A DNA stretch of 64,000 bases from Octopus sinensis (Eukaryota): contig NC_042999.1 in assembly GCF_006345805.1 (NCBI RefSeq), forward strand, positions 106,888,001 through 106,952,000, read 5' to 3'. The notes beneath the pieces were generated by a model that was not told the origin of the DNA, did no database searches, and worked only from the letters and a program-made list of their open reading frames with translations. Below are positions 1 through 11,996 of this stretch, piece by piece (the stretch's first letter is position 1; every line of letters starts with the position of its first letter). Both the position numbers and the translations under genes were made by a program.

Positions 1-2154
1 ATCATTTGCAATAGATAGGTTTTATAACTAGAATGAATGTACACGGAATTATGAAGATAGCATGGAAGATAAGAAGGCAACGTTTGAATAAATAACGTGA
101 AAGATATATTAAAATACCATGGATCAAAAACTTAAAGAATTGATCAGGAAAGAACATACAGTAGAATACGGATGAGCAGAAGAGAGTTTTATATGTTGTA
201 AAATTTTTAACTGAAAGAGGTTTGTCATTTAGATCACATGGGGAAAAGTGGGGCTCATCTAATGGAAACTTTATGGAGACTGTTGCAGAATATCTTGAGA
301 ATTTTAAGAATGAGAAAGTAAATACTGCTTATCTATTCAAAACTGTGTATGAAAAATTATTGGAAGCCATGGGAAATCATGTCCATCATGAAATCATCTA
401 TGAGATTAACAACCATGAGACCAAATACTATTATTGTTGCTTTAATGTTTGACCTGATATATGTTGACTAGGTGATAGTTGTAGTTTGATATTATTATAA
501 TCAAAAACTTTAAAGATTTTACTGATAGAAAATAGAGAGATTACTGATAGAAAATAGAGAGACTCTAAAGATTTTATTGATAGAAAATCATCATTTGTTC
601 ATGAACTTGTTCAGCAAAATACAAGTGCTAAATGGACATATGTTTCAACTGAAAGTACCCATAGATAGTTTAATGTTAATGGATTTAATATAACAATCTC
701 AGAAAACAGAGCTACAAGCACTCATAAAAAACATTAGCATGTATACAGACTATGTGCAGCTCATTCATTCACCCTGGTAGTATCCACTATACCTGACACT
801 GTTGAATATTATGGCATTTTGCAGATGCTATTTGTTTTCTATTTTGATCTTCCTGATAGAAGGTTTTAAACACACAAAACAATCTAAACTTTACCCTGGT
901 AGGTTTCAGTACAACTAGATGATCTATTAAAACAAACATATGAGTGTTTTACAAACTCTCAAACACATTCGTGAAGATTCATAAAAAAAACTGGAATGTA
1001 AACATGAAGAATATATGCTATAAACCGGTAAATTTGGAATATGTAGTCTTAACACTAGCTTGGCAAGAAGTGCAGAAACTTTCTAACAATACATGTAAGA
1101 AACTGCAGACTCCTAGTTTTCATGTATTTGAAAGTTATCTTCCACTATGATCTTTTCTTTTGCTTGTTAAAGTTCTCTGAGAAAATTCAGATGAAAAATT
1201 GAAAGCAAAAAGTTTGTATGAATATATCGCCTCAAGTTATTCTACAGCTTCCAAGTGCATTCTTACAAAGAAATTTTCAGATGGAACAAGTGATGATACT
1301 TCTTTGATAAGAACTGAGTAATTTAGGTAAGAAGTTCTAAATCAAGTCTATGACTGCTTGGCTATCCAGTTACATAAGATGATTGAACCCATATAAGCAG
1401 ATTGCTAAAAAGGTTCAATTTCATCTCAGAAATGGGAAGCAATTCTGAAATTGATGAAAATAATATTAAATTTACTACATTACAAAGATGGTATTGACAA
1501 AAAGTTAGTAAATAAGAATTGTCAGTTCAGGTAGCATTTGCACCTTAGCAAATTCCTGACCTGCCATTCAAAATGCAATGCACAGAAATTCTTCAGTCTA
1601 CTTGTGAGCAATACCTAATTGAACTGTTTCCCAATATTACAACTGCACTTAAGCTGAACTTGACAATACCTATCATGTGTTGTGAAGCAGAAAGGAATTT
1701 CTCAAAGCAATCCTTTCTAAAGAACAAATTTTAATCTACCTAACTGAAGAAAGCTTAAATGCATTATGTATACTGTCTCTAGAAAATGGTATTGCAAAGA
1801 TATTCTCATATAACAAAATTTTGCATGAATATATCACAAGAAAAAAACAGAAAAAATGTATTTTGTAAAATGTGTTTCATATAGTATGTATTTTCATAGA
1901 TGTTTAAAATGAAAGATTAAATTGAATTTTGGATTTACTCTGCTTTATTTCATTAGCCTATGATGTAGCAAGCTTGTATATAAATAATCCCTCATTTTCA
2001 TCGTTACCAACCACAAAATCTGTCAAGAAATAGGAAAATGTGTAGGTGTCCAAGTCTTCCAGACCATGTTCGATATTTGTCTGTTATCAATGGTTGGGAA
2101 GAGTCTCCATAAAAATTCAAACTTCAGGGCCCTCAAAATGTAAGTTTGCCACTG
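1..2154 (+). mobile_element. Degenerate hAT DNA transposon (ZMYM1/DUF4371-type transposase relic), 5' end outside window
   Basis: ORF 222-452 has SFRSHGE...NGNF. CAAHS (hAT CxxH motif) at ~753-767. C-terminal dimerisation motif ELFPNITTALKLNLTIPIMCCEAERNFSK at 1621-1707. Ends in ...TTTGCCACTG at 2154 (reverse complement CAGTGGC, a hAT-type terminus). Many stops and frameshifts. Confidence 0.85.
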
Positions 2155-2534
2155 TTTTTAATATCAATATACATTTCAGATTCCTATGAAGGAAGTATAA
2201 ACAGGAGTATGAATGATAAGCAAAATATGCTATAAATACTCTGATTGCCAACTTCTGCATTCTGGCAGGAAAAGGGAAAATACAAAAAACACTGAAAAAT
2301 CCACCAAATCTATCAAACAACTAAAAGTATCAATGAGATTAGAATCCCTTCACAAAAAAAAATGCATTGATTGAATTATATAAATTAACAAATCAAGGAG
2401 ATAACAGAGTATTGCATCATCGTTCTTTATAATCTTGGTCATGTCACATCAAAGAAATTAACTATTAATAGTAATCAAAAATTTACGATACTCTTTCGTG
2501 GTTCAGCCTTTTGTAACTAAACTGGAAACATTGC

Positions 2535-2765
2535 TTAAACCCTTTTGTTACCATACTTCTGTTGAGATGCTCTGTGTTTCTTTCAATTAAATTTAAATGT
2601 AACAAAGAATTTAGTAAAATAACTGAGTTATCATTAAGCTAGTGTTAGGAACATAAATTGTGACTATGGTTTGGTGGAAGATTTTAATTCAAAACTTTTG
2701 AAAACAAGACATTTGTACTACAGAGCCAGAAGCAGTTTCAGGTGGGTTGGTATCAAAAAGGTTAA
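2535..2765. mobile_element. piggyBac-like non-autonomous element (MITE)
   Basis: Starts TTAAACCCTTTTGTTACCA and ends TGGTATCAAAAAGGTTAA: imperfect ~15-bp terminal inverted repeats bounded by TTAA. No ORF. Confidence 0.6.
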
Positions 2766-3276
2766 GATTTCTGATGTGTGAATGTTGGACGAACACCCTA
2801 TCAGGACAAAAGGCAATACTGTCTACAAGGGCAGATGATGTCAGCAAGGAATCAATAACCATCCAACAAACCTACAAGTAGAGTAGGGACCAATTTAAAC
2901 TTTTGAGTTTAGCACTGCAGACCTTTGCAACCCTTTTGCTAGGTGGTCTCTCTTGAATATACATACTGGCCTTGCCTTTCCTCTGAACCAGAGGGTCCTA
3001 GGTAGCAAGAATAGCCTTTTAATAAGTGTGAGTACTTTCCATGGTTGCATAATCCAGCCCTTGAAAAAAATATCATTGTTTATTCTTAACTAGCAATCAC
3101 TTCCCTAACAGAAGAAAACTGCCACTGCAATTACTGATTGTTGATGACTTGATGCTGTTCCTGTCACTGACAGGACCAACAGATGCTTACTGTTCATTCA
3201 ACAACGGATGCATACTGTACTACAGATACTTACTGTTCAGGAATAGCAGATGCTTACAGTGTTATTTATTATGTCT

Positions 3277-3490
3277 TGTGAGCTGGTAGAAACATTAGCA
3301 CATTGGGCAAGATGCTTTGTGGTATTTCATCCATCTTTACATTCTGAGGTCAAATTCTGCCAAAGTCAACTTTGCCTTTCATCCTTTTGAGGTCAATGAA
3401 TTAAGTACCAGTCAAGTACTGGGGTTGATGTGATCAACTTTCTCCCTCACCCAAAATATTAGGCCTTGTGCCTCTAGTAGAAAGTATTAT
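3277..3490 (+). mobile_element. tRNA-headed SINE with Meta-like central domain
   Basis: GAGCTGGTAGAA A-box-like start, GGTCAAATTC B-box-like motif, then GCCTTTCATCCTTTTGAGGTCAATGAATTAAGTACCAG. Homologous copies at ~15880-16000, 38172-38262, 40748-40965, 41418-41578, 58773-58965 (+) and ~12995-13136 (-). Confidence 0.7.
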
Positions 3491-3569
3491 TCTGTATAAT
3501 ATGAAAATGTTCATAGACATCTTAATATTAAATTTTCTGAAAGCCAATGTGAGAACCTAAATATGATAC

Positions 3570-3965
3570 CTTAACCTACTAGAAATAGCAACCAAATTTT
3601 CCCCCAAACCCTCTTTAAGAATCAGATGACATTATATAATTAGACCTAGATATCTTTAAAAAAGGATGGTTGCTTAAGGCTGAAATGCTTTTGGCCACAG
3701 GTCTGCTTGATCAAGATTAATCGGAAGCTAAACAAATAACAACTGTGTAAACAGGACAATAAAGGAACCTCTATGCACTCACTCAATCTGCTAAAAGTAG
3801 CAGCAGACGAATTCCCCTCAAACCTTACCTTGTCATTTTGAAACAGCAAATAGGAGATATTGGATTACTTAACATAGTTTTTAAATTAACATTTCATGAG
3901 TCATGACTGGGACACTTTGATCATAAGAATGCATGTTCAGATCTCAGCAACTGCTAAACAACATT
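3570..3965 (+). repeat. Two adjacent copies of a decayed dispersed repeat (AGAAATAGCA...CTAAACAAC family)
   Basis: Similar blocks recur at ~10320-10470, 30280-30415, 52440-52610, 59555-59650 (+) and ~32320-32500, 51585-51720 (-). Class unknown. Confidence 0.45.
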
Positions 3966-4399
3966 AACCACAATTACTACTAATACCTTTATTATTACTA
4001 TTTATGTTGCAGATAATACTGCTGGTGCTTCTGTTGTTTAATATCAAAGCAAGGATAGTCGATAGTAAAGTGACAAAGAAACTTGAAATCCAAACTGAAC
4101 ATGGATCTAATAATGACTGATGTGATTGTTTGCCAAGATCAGAGTGTAGAAATTACTGAATATCAAGAGTTAGTTCTAGAATCATTTCAGCTATCTCAAT
4201 CAAGTCAGACAATCAGAAATCCACTATAGGGAATGAGATAGATGAAAAGGACAGTATAAGACTATACAGTACAATATTATGTGGGGCTAATTAAAAGTAT
4301 GTAAACAGTAAAATAACAAAAACAAAGAAACCAAAACTTTGAACATGAAATAATTCCTCAAAAGGGAACTATTCCTCTTAGTACATTTCAAATGAGGCT

Positions 4400-5830
4400 G
4401 ACCTCCCAGCTTGTCACTTTGTCACAGTTCTTGTGCAACTGGACATCTGGACTTAGAGAGATCCTCAGCAATTTAACCAGTCCATCCAGCACTGATAGCA
4501 TACATCTGCCTCACTAGGTGTTGAGCTATAAACCCACTGACTTTCCTTGGTTAATTTTTGCTCTTGTCACTTCCTTGCATTCCCTTAGAGTCATGTTAGT
4601 CACCTCAGTATGCTTGGAGTCTTACACTATTGTGGTGTTGTTACCTCCACATGCACATACAGATCTTCCACATCTTAGTTCATGTAGAATACCTCTCAAC
4701 GTCCCTAGTTTTGCAGTAGTGGCTCTAGGATCAATACACACAGAAGACATAGGAGTGGAAAACCTTGCCGGATAGGATGCCTGATGCTAAACTGTTCTAA
4801 TAGGTGGTCATTTACCCTAACCATCTAAAGGCTTTGTACATTGCAGCAATCATGTTCTTGCATATGGGACCAAATCTGGCCATTTTGAAGACAGCCACCA
4901 AGTATCAAGGGTCAGTCCTATCAAAAACTTTTGATTGATCAAAGTTGATAAAGGCCAGGTTCTTTAACCATTCTTCATATAATGCATTACATGAAGTGGA
5001 GGTTCTCATGGATAGATCTGTTTTGGATGGTGCATGTTTGTGCTTCAGTAATCAAATCATCACCATCAAGCTAACTACAAGCTAACCTTTCTACTAACAT
5101 CTGGAACAAATTCCTGACCTTTTCATTTAAAAAAGTTATGAGCCAAAAATTACCAATGTAGTCCCCTTTGAATTCTTACTCTGCAGTGCCACTACTCTTT
5201 GGCTCACAGAACTAGGAATTCTCCCTTCTTCATACCAACTATCTTTGATGTCTGCTAGGAGGTCCCAAACAAGTCTGGCATATTAGCATAAAACTCATAG
5301 GATAGACTACCCAAATCAGATGATCTGCTCCTCATGCTGCCAGATATGGATTCTCTTATATTTCAGTGGCTGTTATTGGTTTCCACAGCAAATTGACACT
5401 ACTGCCGACAGTCACAACAGGACATCGAGTTATGTACTGAAGTCCATTCTGTGATCTGGCTCTCCACCTGTCCCAGGTAGTTGAGCAAAAATCTCCTGAA
5501 AAGCCACACACATCTGCTTAAAAACAAGCAGCATGTACTCGTGATCTACCAAAAACCAAATTGTGGCTTTGTAACCAGATTAAGCTTCTTCCACATGGGC
5601 CCATCGAATGGCTTTTGTTCCTTCATGCCTTACATCATGCACCTACACTCTGACAATGCAGCTTCTGTGCATCTTGTTGAAGAATCAGTCAGGAACCAAT
5701 CTCATGCAAGCACATCAGTTGCAATGCCTTTCCTAAACATCACTTCCTGGTTTCTAAATCACCCTCTAACTTTGTTTTCTCTATCACTACATTCTTACTA
5801 AACTTTATCTATTCTAAATTGCCCTTTTCA
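4400..5830 (+). mobile_element. Highly decayed non-LTR retrotransposon (CR1/L2-group-like) relic
   Basis: ORF 5481-5801 contains RLSFFH...NGFCSFMPYIM, loosely resembling the LSLFY..YHGxCS C-terminal region of L2/Crack-type ORF2. GC is higher than in the flanks. Weak match only. Confidence 0.3.
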
Positions 5831-6127
5831 AGGCAAGCTAGTATTTATTGAATACCCTGTCAGTGTCTGCTTAACTAATTCATCATTCCAGTCCCTGTAG
5901 GCCTGGCGTATTTATTTCAATGTTTTCTTCATCTTGCTTGTCACTGTTATTGTTGTTGTTGTTAGTATTTATAGTTGTGTGAAGTGTGGCAATAGTAGTA
6001 GTGTTGCTTTCACATTTCTTTTCATTTGTGTTGTTTTCGTCATCATCGTTGTCAAGGCTCAACATCTTGAGGTCAGTTCTCACACATCTTAATTCGTCCT
6101 TATATACACACACATATATATATATAG

Positions 6128-6390
6128 TGAAGGTGTGTGGCTTAGTGATTAGGGCATCAGCATCATGAGTGTAAGATTGTGGGTTCGATTCCTGGACCGG
6201 GCAACGTGTTGTGTTCATGAGAAAAACACTTCATTTCACATTGCTCTAGTCCACTCAGCTGGCAAAAATGAGAAACGCTGCGATGGACTGGCGTCCTATC
6301 CAGCTGGGGAACACATATACCATTAAAACTGGGAAACCAGGCACATGAGCCTGGCTAGGCTTTAAAAGGGTGCATTTATTTATTTATTTA
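6128..6390 (+). mobile_element. tRNA-derived SINE with V-domain-like body and (ATTT)n tail
   Basis: A box TGGCTTAGTGA, B box GGTTCGATTCC, body CTAGTCCACTCAGCTG and GCGATGGACTGGCGTCCTATCCAG, then an ATTT tail running into (TACA)n. Confidence 0.75.
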
Positions 6391-6440
6391 TATACATACA
6401 TACATACATACATACATACATACATACATACATACATACA

Positions 6441-6474
<34 letters not shown>

Positions 6475-6488
6475 CATACATACATACA
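6391..6488. repeat. (TACA)n microsatellite
   Basis: Direct reading. Confidence 0.95.
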
Positions 6489-6489
6489 T

Positions 6490-6719
6490 TTTGCAAAACC
6501 ACTATTTTGCAAAACAAACAAGGAAAGACTTAATCAATACATAAAATTTTAATAAAAAGTCAAAAAAACCGCCACTACAATTGTTTCTTGTCCTGATCGA
6601 CAATCTTCAGGTGGACTTCCAATTTTCAAGTCAGTTTCCATTAAGCTTTATGTGTCTTCTCAAACACAGTAAACTGGCAACAGTCTTAGTCTCTTGTCCT
6701 CTCATGGAGGTGATGACAA

Positions 6720-6722
<3 letters not shown>
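6490..6722 (-). mobile_element. Penelope-like pseudo-LTR fragment carrying a hammerhead ribozyme
   Basis: Non-coding unit between (TACA)n and (TA)n tracts containing a complete minimal HHR. Its motif AAAACCACTATT..GCAAA.CAA recurs at ~6795. Confidence 0.55.
6572..6614 (-). ncRNA. Minimal type I hammerhead ribozyme, complete core
   Basis: Minus strand: CCAC-CUGAAGA-UUGUC-GAUCAG-GACAA-GAAAC-AAUU-GUA^GUGG. Stem I CCAC/GUGG, stem II UUGUC/GACAA, palindromic stem III ACAAUUGU, cleavage triplet GUA. Confidence 0.85.
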
Positions 6723-6767
<45 letters not shown>

Positions 6768-6901
6768 ATAATATATATAAATTATATTAGAGATAAAACC
6801 ACTATTAGGCAAATCAATTTATATTTATACTGTGAAATTTGATTTAATCCTAAATCTAATTTTTCCCTGTAAGTTTGGATTTACTCCCTAATATTATATA
6901 T

Positions 6902-6963
<62 letters not shown>

Positions 6964-7047
6964 TTGTCATCACCTCCATGAGAGGACAAGAGACTAAGAC
7001 TGTTGCCAGTTTACTGTGTTTGAGAAGACACATAAAGCTTAATGGAA
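6636..7047. repeat. Perfect 87-bp inverted repeat (6636-6722 / 6961-7047) enclosing two (TA)n tracts
   Basis: TTCCATTAAGC...GATGACAAGTG is the exact reverse complement of CACTTGTCATC...GCTTAATGGAA. Confidence 0.95.
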
Positions 7048-7059
7048 TCTTAGTTGTGA

Positions 7060-7272
7060 CCAGTGCTGGTGATGCTTAAAAGGCACCCATACCAGTGATA
7101 CATTAAAGGTACTCACTACACTCTGGAGTGGTTGGCATCAGGAAGCACATCCAGCCATAGAAACTGAGTCAAAACAGACTGGAGCCTAGTGCAGCTTTCC
7201 AGCTTGCCAGTTTCAGTCAAGTCATCTAACCCATGCCAGCATGGAAAACGGACGCTAAAGGATGAAGATGAT
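7060..7272 (+). mobile_element. RTE-type 3'-end fragment or non-autonomous derivative
   Basis: Ends AACCCATGCCAGCATGGAAAACGGACGCTAAAG plus a GAT-rich tail, matching the 3' end of the RTE element at 47300. Other copies at ~10515-10750, 62165-62208, 62400-62602 (+) and 16248-16570, 19685-19895, 62965-63100 (-). Confidence 0.7.
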
Positions 7273-7274
7273 GT

Positions 7275-7665
7275 ATATATAGTCTAGTGATAGTCTGCTC
7301 TTCGGCAGGTGCTGTTCATGGGAATTTCTCCAGCATTCCCGACACAATCTGAGAGGGTCTCTGCTGCTGTTCGGTAGACTACTGGAACTTTGGTTTCCAT
7401 GACTAGACTTGGAATGAGTAATGGAGTGGTTTTCCATTGCTTTCTCCAAGCAGGTGGGACTTGAACCTAGAATGTAGAGAGTTGAAAGATATACTGTTAT
7501 GCTGCAAAGCATTTTCTGCTGATACGCCAATAATTCTGTGACTCTCCCACCCACAGAGCAATGTGTAATGAAATGTTCTACTCAGTAACACAACGCACCA
7601 TCCAGTCTGGTAGCTGAACCCATAATCAAACATTTGTGAGTGCAACACCCTAACCACTAGGCCAT
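7275..7665 (-). mobile_element. tRNA-derived SINE with Bov-B/RTE-like tail
   Basis: Minus-strand head TGGCCTAGTGGTTAGGG...GGTTCAGCT. Tail GGAGAAAGCAATGGAAAACCACTCCATT and GAGAAATTCCCATGAACAG resembles the Bov-B 3' segment. Confidence 0.6.
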
Positions 7666-7758
7666 GTGAGAGTGTGTATATATAGAGAGACAGACAAATA
7701 GATAAAAACATATACACACACACACACACATATTATATAGACATACGTATATGCATAT

Positions 7759-7804
<46 letters not shown>

Positions 7805-10719
7805 GGATGAGAGAGAGAAAGAGAGAGAGGAGAAGCGAGAGAGGAGGAAGAGAGATAGAAAGAGAGACAGACAGACAGACAGAGAGGTTTTTATAATTCT
7901 ATATCATAATGTGCCAATGTTCAGAGTAAATATATTAACGTATATATGTGATTATTTACAAGACTGACATTAATATTTTCACAAGAAAAAATGGTATATC
8001 TCTAATTATAAGTGCACAATAACATATATTACGTGTGAGCCTGTTGATGTGTGTAAATGTATATGTTTACATCTTATTGTACATGTACTAGTATGTGTTT
8101 ATGCATACACTGTTATGTGCCATGTGTATATGCTGATATTTGTATGTGTGTCTGTGTGCTTGCTTACAGTAAATATACATACTCACATTTGCATCTATGT
8201 CTGAATGTGTACCTACAGAGTATACAAGTAAGCTTGTATATATTATGTTTTTTTTGTTGTAAAAACTATATAAACAATAGAAAAAAATCAGTGAGTTTAT
8301 ATTACATCAGTTGTTTATCTTCGTTGCCATCTAATACAATTTGACTAAAAATGTTATCTGTAATTTCTAATAAGAGTTATTGAGCTTTATATCTGGGAAT
8401 GGATGTGAATGGGGGAATTTAATACGTCTCTTGCTTTATATAAAACAGAACTAATTACTAGAACTTCTGACTCCAGAAACTATTTCATATATATACAGAT
8501 TGCAATGTCTGAATAAAAACTCTAAGCTAAAATAGGACGATTGAAATGCGGTTTGCTGTTTTTGCTGTTGCATTAATGTTTAATATGATATTATGATATA
8601 GATAACAGAACTTTTTATGTGTTAGCAGTTGTAATAATACTGCTATCTGGAACAATCTTTTGAGTAGCTAATAGTAATACACTGGTACAATGTAATATCT
8701 CTGTAATTACAACATAGCTTATTTGTGTGGGTTAGCTGTACATTTTTTGGTACTGTTGTACGATTGCAGCTTTAATGGTCGACTTTGGGTAGAAAGATCA
8801 TAACTGATTTGCTGTTACTGTCATGATGAACTTGCGTACTTATACAATTCATCATAATAGTGGACGACAGCAAGACTGATATGAGATCCAGTAATATCGT
8901 TTCCCTCACTTTAACATCTTGTTAATTTATGTTAGTATCATTGTCTCTCTCATTTGAGAATTTGAGCTCAGCACTGCAAGTTAAATATAAAGAAAACACA
9001 AATGTCCAGTGATAGCGTCAGCCAATTTTAGTCATTATATATATAGTAGTTAATCTTGAACAATATACATAATAGTTTATATATATATATTGCAGTTAAT
9101 CCACAAGTGTCTTACTATTTTTAAAATGTGAACCATGTACATGAACATTTGTTATTAAGACAATCCAACTATTACAAAATTTGAATACTCATGTCTATAA
9201 AGCAAATCAAGTAATTATTTATTAATTACATCTATGCTGCAAAACTTCTCAAGAAAGATTTATCAGAACTCCCCAACAGATCATCATCATCATCATCGTT
9301 TGATATTTTAAAATATATAATTGATTGCCCTTTGTGAACAGTATTATTCTTGGTTTCTGTTTTCTAACAGGTCACTCACTAGTACATTGCATTGAAGCTA
9401 ATGTGAGTGACGAGAAGCATCTATAAAATTCAGGCAGAATGAATATGGCAGATTTTTCTGCTAGAAAGCACTGATTCATCAGTTTCTACCCAACGTTTTA
9501 CACAACACACACAACAACACACACACATGCACACATATACAGGAGGGCTTCCACACATTTTCAGTCTACTGAATTCCTTTCAGAAATCATTGGGCAACAT
9601 AAGACTCTGGTAGAAGACATTTACCCATGGTGCATTCCAGCAGGGCTGAACCTGGAATCTCAGTGCTGTAAAGCAAACATTTACTCCCACACTCTCAACA
9701 ATAACCGTAAAACCTTTCTTCTTGAACAAGATCTCTTTGCTACCAATAATGTAGAACCCTAAGAACTGTATACAAACCATAGTCCCTTCGGTTACAAGAA
9801 TTAGAACAGCACCCACTCGATTCATTCTGCTGCAGCTCTCAGTAATATTTTTTATACAATCTCAGTAAATTTAATAGATTTAATATCAACATATATTGAA
9901 ATGTTATTTATTTGCTTTTTTTCTATAACGAATTAAACAATTCAGTGATATTTTATTAGAAAACAAAATCAAATTTAATATGATTTTAACTTGAAGACAT
10001 GTAAGAAATACATAAGAAGCATTTGAACATTATAGAAACATGTTACAAAACATATAAATTAAAAACATTTGAATATAGAAGTATGTAAATCTAAAGTGTG
10101 TTTGAGTTCAGAATCACTGCTACTTTTCACCATTTTATTAGAACTTTAGTTATATTGCTTTAGTTATAAAACTGTTGGTTATCAAAGGAGAAAGTTTAGT
10201 CAATCTATTTGACCCCAATCTAATTACAGCTGCATATTTTGTTGGTTTTGGAGAGATTAAAAGCATTGTCAGCCACAAACAGTGAAAACTTTATAGTAAT
10301 TGAATCAATGGGGGAAACTTCTAGGCAGTTAATCATTCAGTTAGAAACAACAGTCAAATCTCACTCTAATCACATGCTAGTATCTTAAATAAAGAAATGT
10401 AATGTGGTGAAGGCCAATCTCAAGATGCTGAGCCTAATGAAGGAGATGACTAAGGACTGAAATATCAGATACCTTGCAGTACTCACGAAGACTTGTCCAC
10501 CACAGCAGAATCAATACCGATGCTGGTGTTATGTAAAAAGCACTCATGCTAGTGCCACATTAAAAGCACCCAGTACAAAATATGGAGTGATTGGCGTTAG
10601 GATGGGCATTCATCTATAGAAACCATGCCAAAACAGACAATGGAGCCTGGTATGTTCCATGGCCTTACCAACTCAAATCAAACCATCCAACCCATGAGAG
10701 CATGGAAAGCAGACATTAA

Positions 10720-10752
<33 letters not shown>

Positions 10753-10886
10753 CTGATTATTTTAAGAAGGATGTATACATATGCTCAGCTCATGCCAATA
10801 ATACCTTTGATCATAAGCCTACTTGATCAGTGTTCGTTCTGGGCTAAACAGAAAAATCGTGAACTACTTGAGCAAACAAGGAACTT

Positions 10887-11990
10887 ATATAATAATGAAA
10901 TTATTGTATACAGTGCTCAGGTGCACCACAACTTGTCAGAGTATATGCAGTAATGTACAAATGTCTGGAAAGCAAACAATGCATGAGTCAGATACATGCT
11001 TGTGTGCGTATGGAGGGGAGAAAATCAGGTGTAGTGTTGGCGAATCTCAGAAAGCATGGAAGTTTTGAAGGATGCAGTGCTCCGACAACTAACAACTGAT
11101 GCCGGCAGTTTGTTCCATGCTTCAACAACTCTCAGCATGAAAAAATGTTTCCTGAAGTCATGGGAGCTGTGCTGTTTTCTGACTTTGTAAATATGTCCAC
11201 GGGTGTTAGATGGGTGGAGTTTGAAAAGGTGCTCAGAGTTATTGTTTGTACGATGGTTGATAATTTTATGGGTGTCTGCCAAGTCAGCTGCCAGACGTCG
11301 GAGTTTCAATGTGTCCATGCCCAGGGAAGTAAAGCGTTCAGGATATGGCAAATGCCTGGTGGAGGGTATTCTTTTGATTGCACGTCGCTGAACGGCTTCC
11401 AGACGATTGATATCCTGGGCAAGATAGGGGTTCCAGACCGGTGATGCAAATTCCAGGTGAGGTCTTACCAAAGCTATATAAAGCCGCAGATAGATAGTCG
11501 GAGAGCGACTCACAAAGGATTTGGTGAGTGATGCCAAGACACCCTCAGCCTTCTTGACAATTTTAGCAATGTGCTTTGTCCAACGCAAATCACTGTCGAC
11601 AATAACACCCAGGTCACATTCACATGAAGACTTTTTGAGACTAGTGTTGTGGAGGGAGTAGGTGGACGCTGGGTTTCTCCTCCCAAAATGCATGGTGGTA
11701 CATTTGTCCACAGCCAGCTTGAGTTGCCAGTCCATGATCCACTGCTGCATTGTGTCCAGGTCTGCTTGCAATAGAGATATATAGTGTACAGGATCTGACC
11801 TCTTTATTTCGAGGTACAGCTTGATGTCATCTGCATATTTCAGCACTGTGGCATTCTTTAAGTTGGCATCTATGTCGTAAACATATGCAACAAATAAAAA
11901 GAGGCCAAGAACAGAACCCTGTGGTACACCAGATGCCATCTCATAGGGCAAAGAGTACTGTCTTAGAACTGTGACAACCTCTTTTCGGAC
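10887..11990 (-). mobile_element. 5'-truncated CR1/L2-group LINE
   Basis: Contains the RT ORF below, a short 3' UTR and an ATT-type terminus near 10887. Confidence 0.9.
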
Positions 11991-11996
11991 GATCAC
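11025..11996 (-). CDS. Reverse transcriptase C-terminal half (LINE ORF2 fragment, no true start)
   Basis: 323-aa uninterrupted ORF with SGVPQGSVLG, YADD, DLGVIVD, RPHLEFASPVWNP, TRGH and RVVEAWNKLP, the typical CR1-clade ORF2 motifs. Confidence 0.9.
   Translation of the reverse strand: MIVRKEVVTVLRQYSLPYEMASGVPQGSVLGLFLFVAYVYDIDANLKNATVLKYADDIKLYLEIKRSDPVHYISLLQADLDTMQQWIMDWQLKLAVDKCTTMHFGRRNPASTYSLHNTSLKKSSCECDLGVIVDSDLRWTKHIAKIVKKAEGVLASLTKSFVSRSPTIYLRLYIALVRPHLEFASPVWNPYLAQDINRLEAVQRRAIKRIPSTRHLPYPERFTSLGMDTLKLRRLAADLADTHKIINHRTNNNSEHLFKLHPSNTRGHIYKVRKQHSSHDFRKHFFMLRVVEAWNKLPASVVSCRSTASFKTSMLSEIRQHYT

Noticed and set aside
4013-4297. Possible exon after TTTATGTTGCAG
   Set aside because: The best frame closes after ~35 codons with no recognisable product; cannot be supported without transcript data.
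6128-6200. tRNA-like sequences as true tRNA genes (also 17654, 33917, 34945, 46600)
   Set aside because: Acceptor and anticodon stems are imperfect, and each continues into SINE or PLE body sequence.
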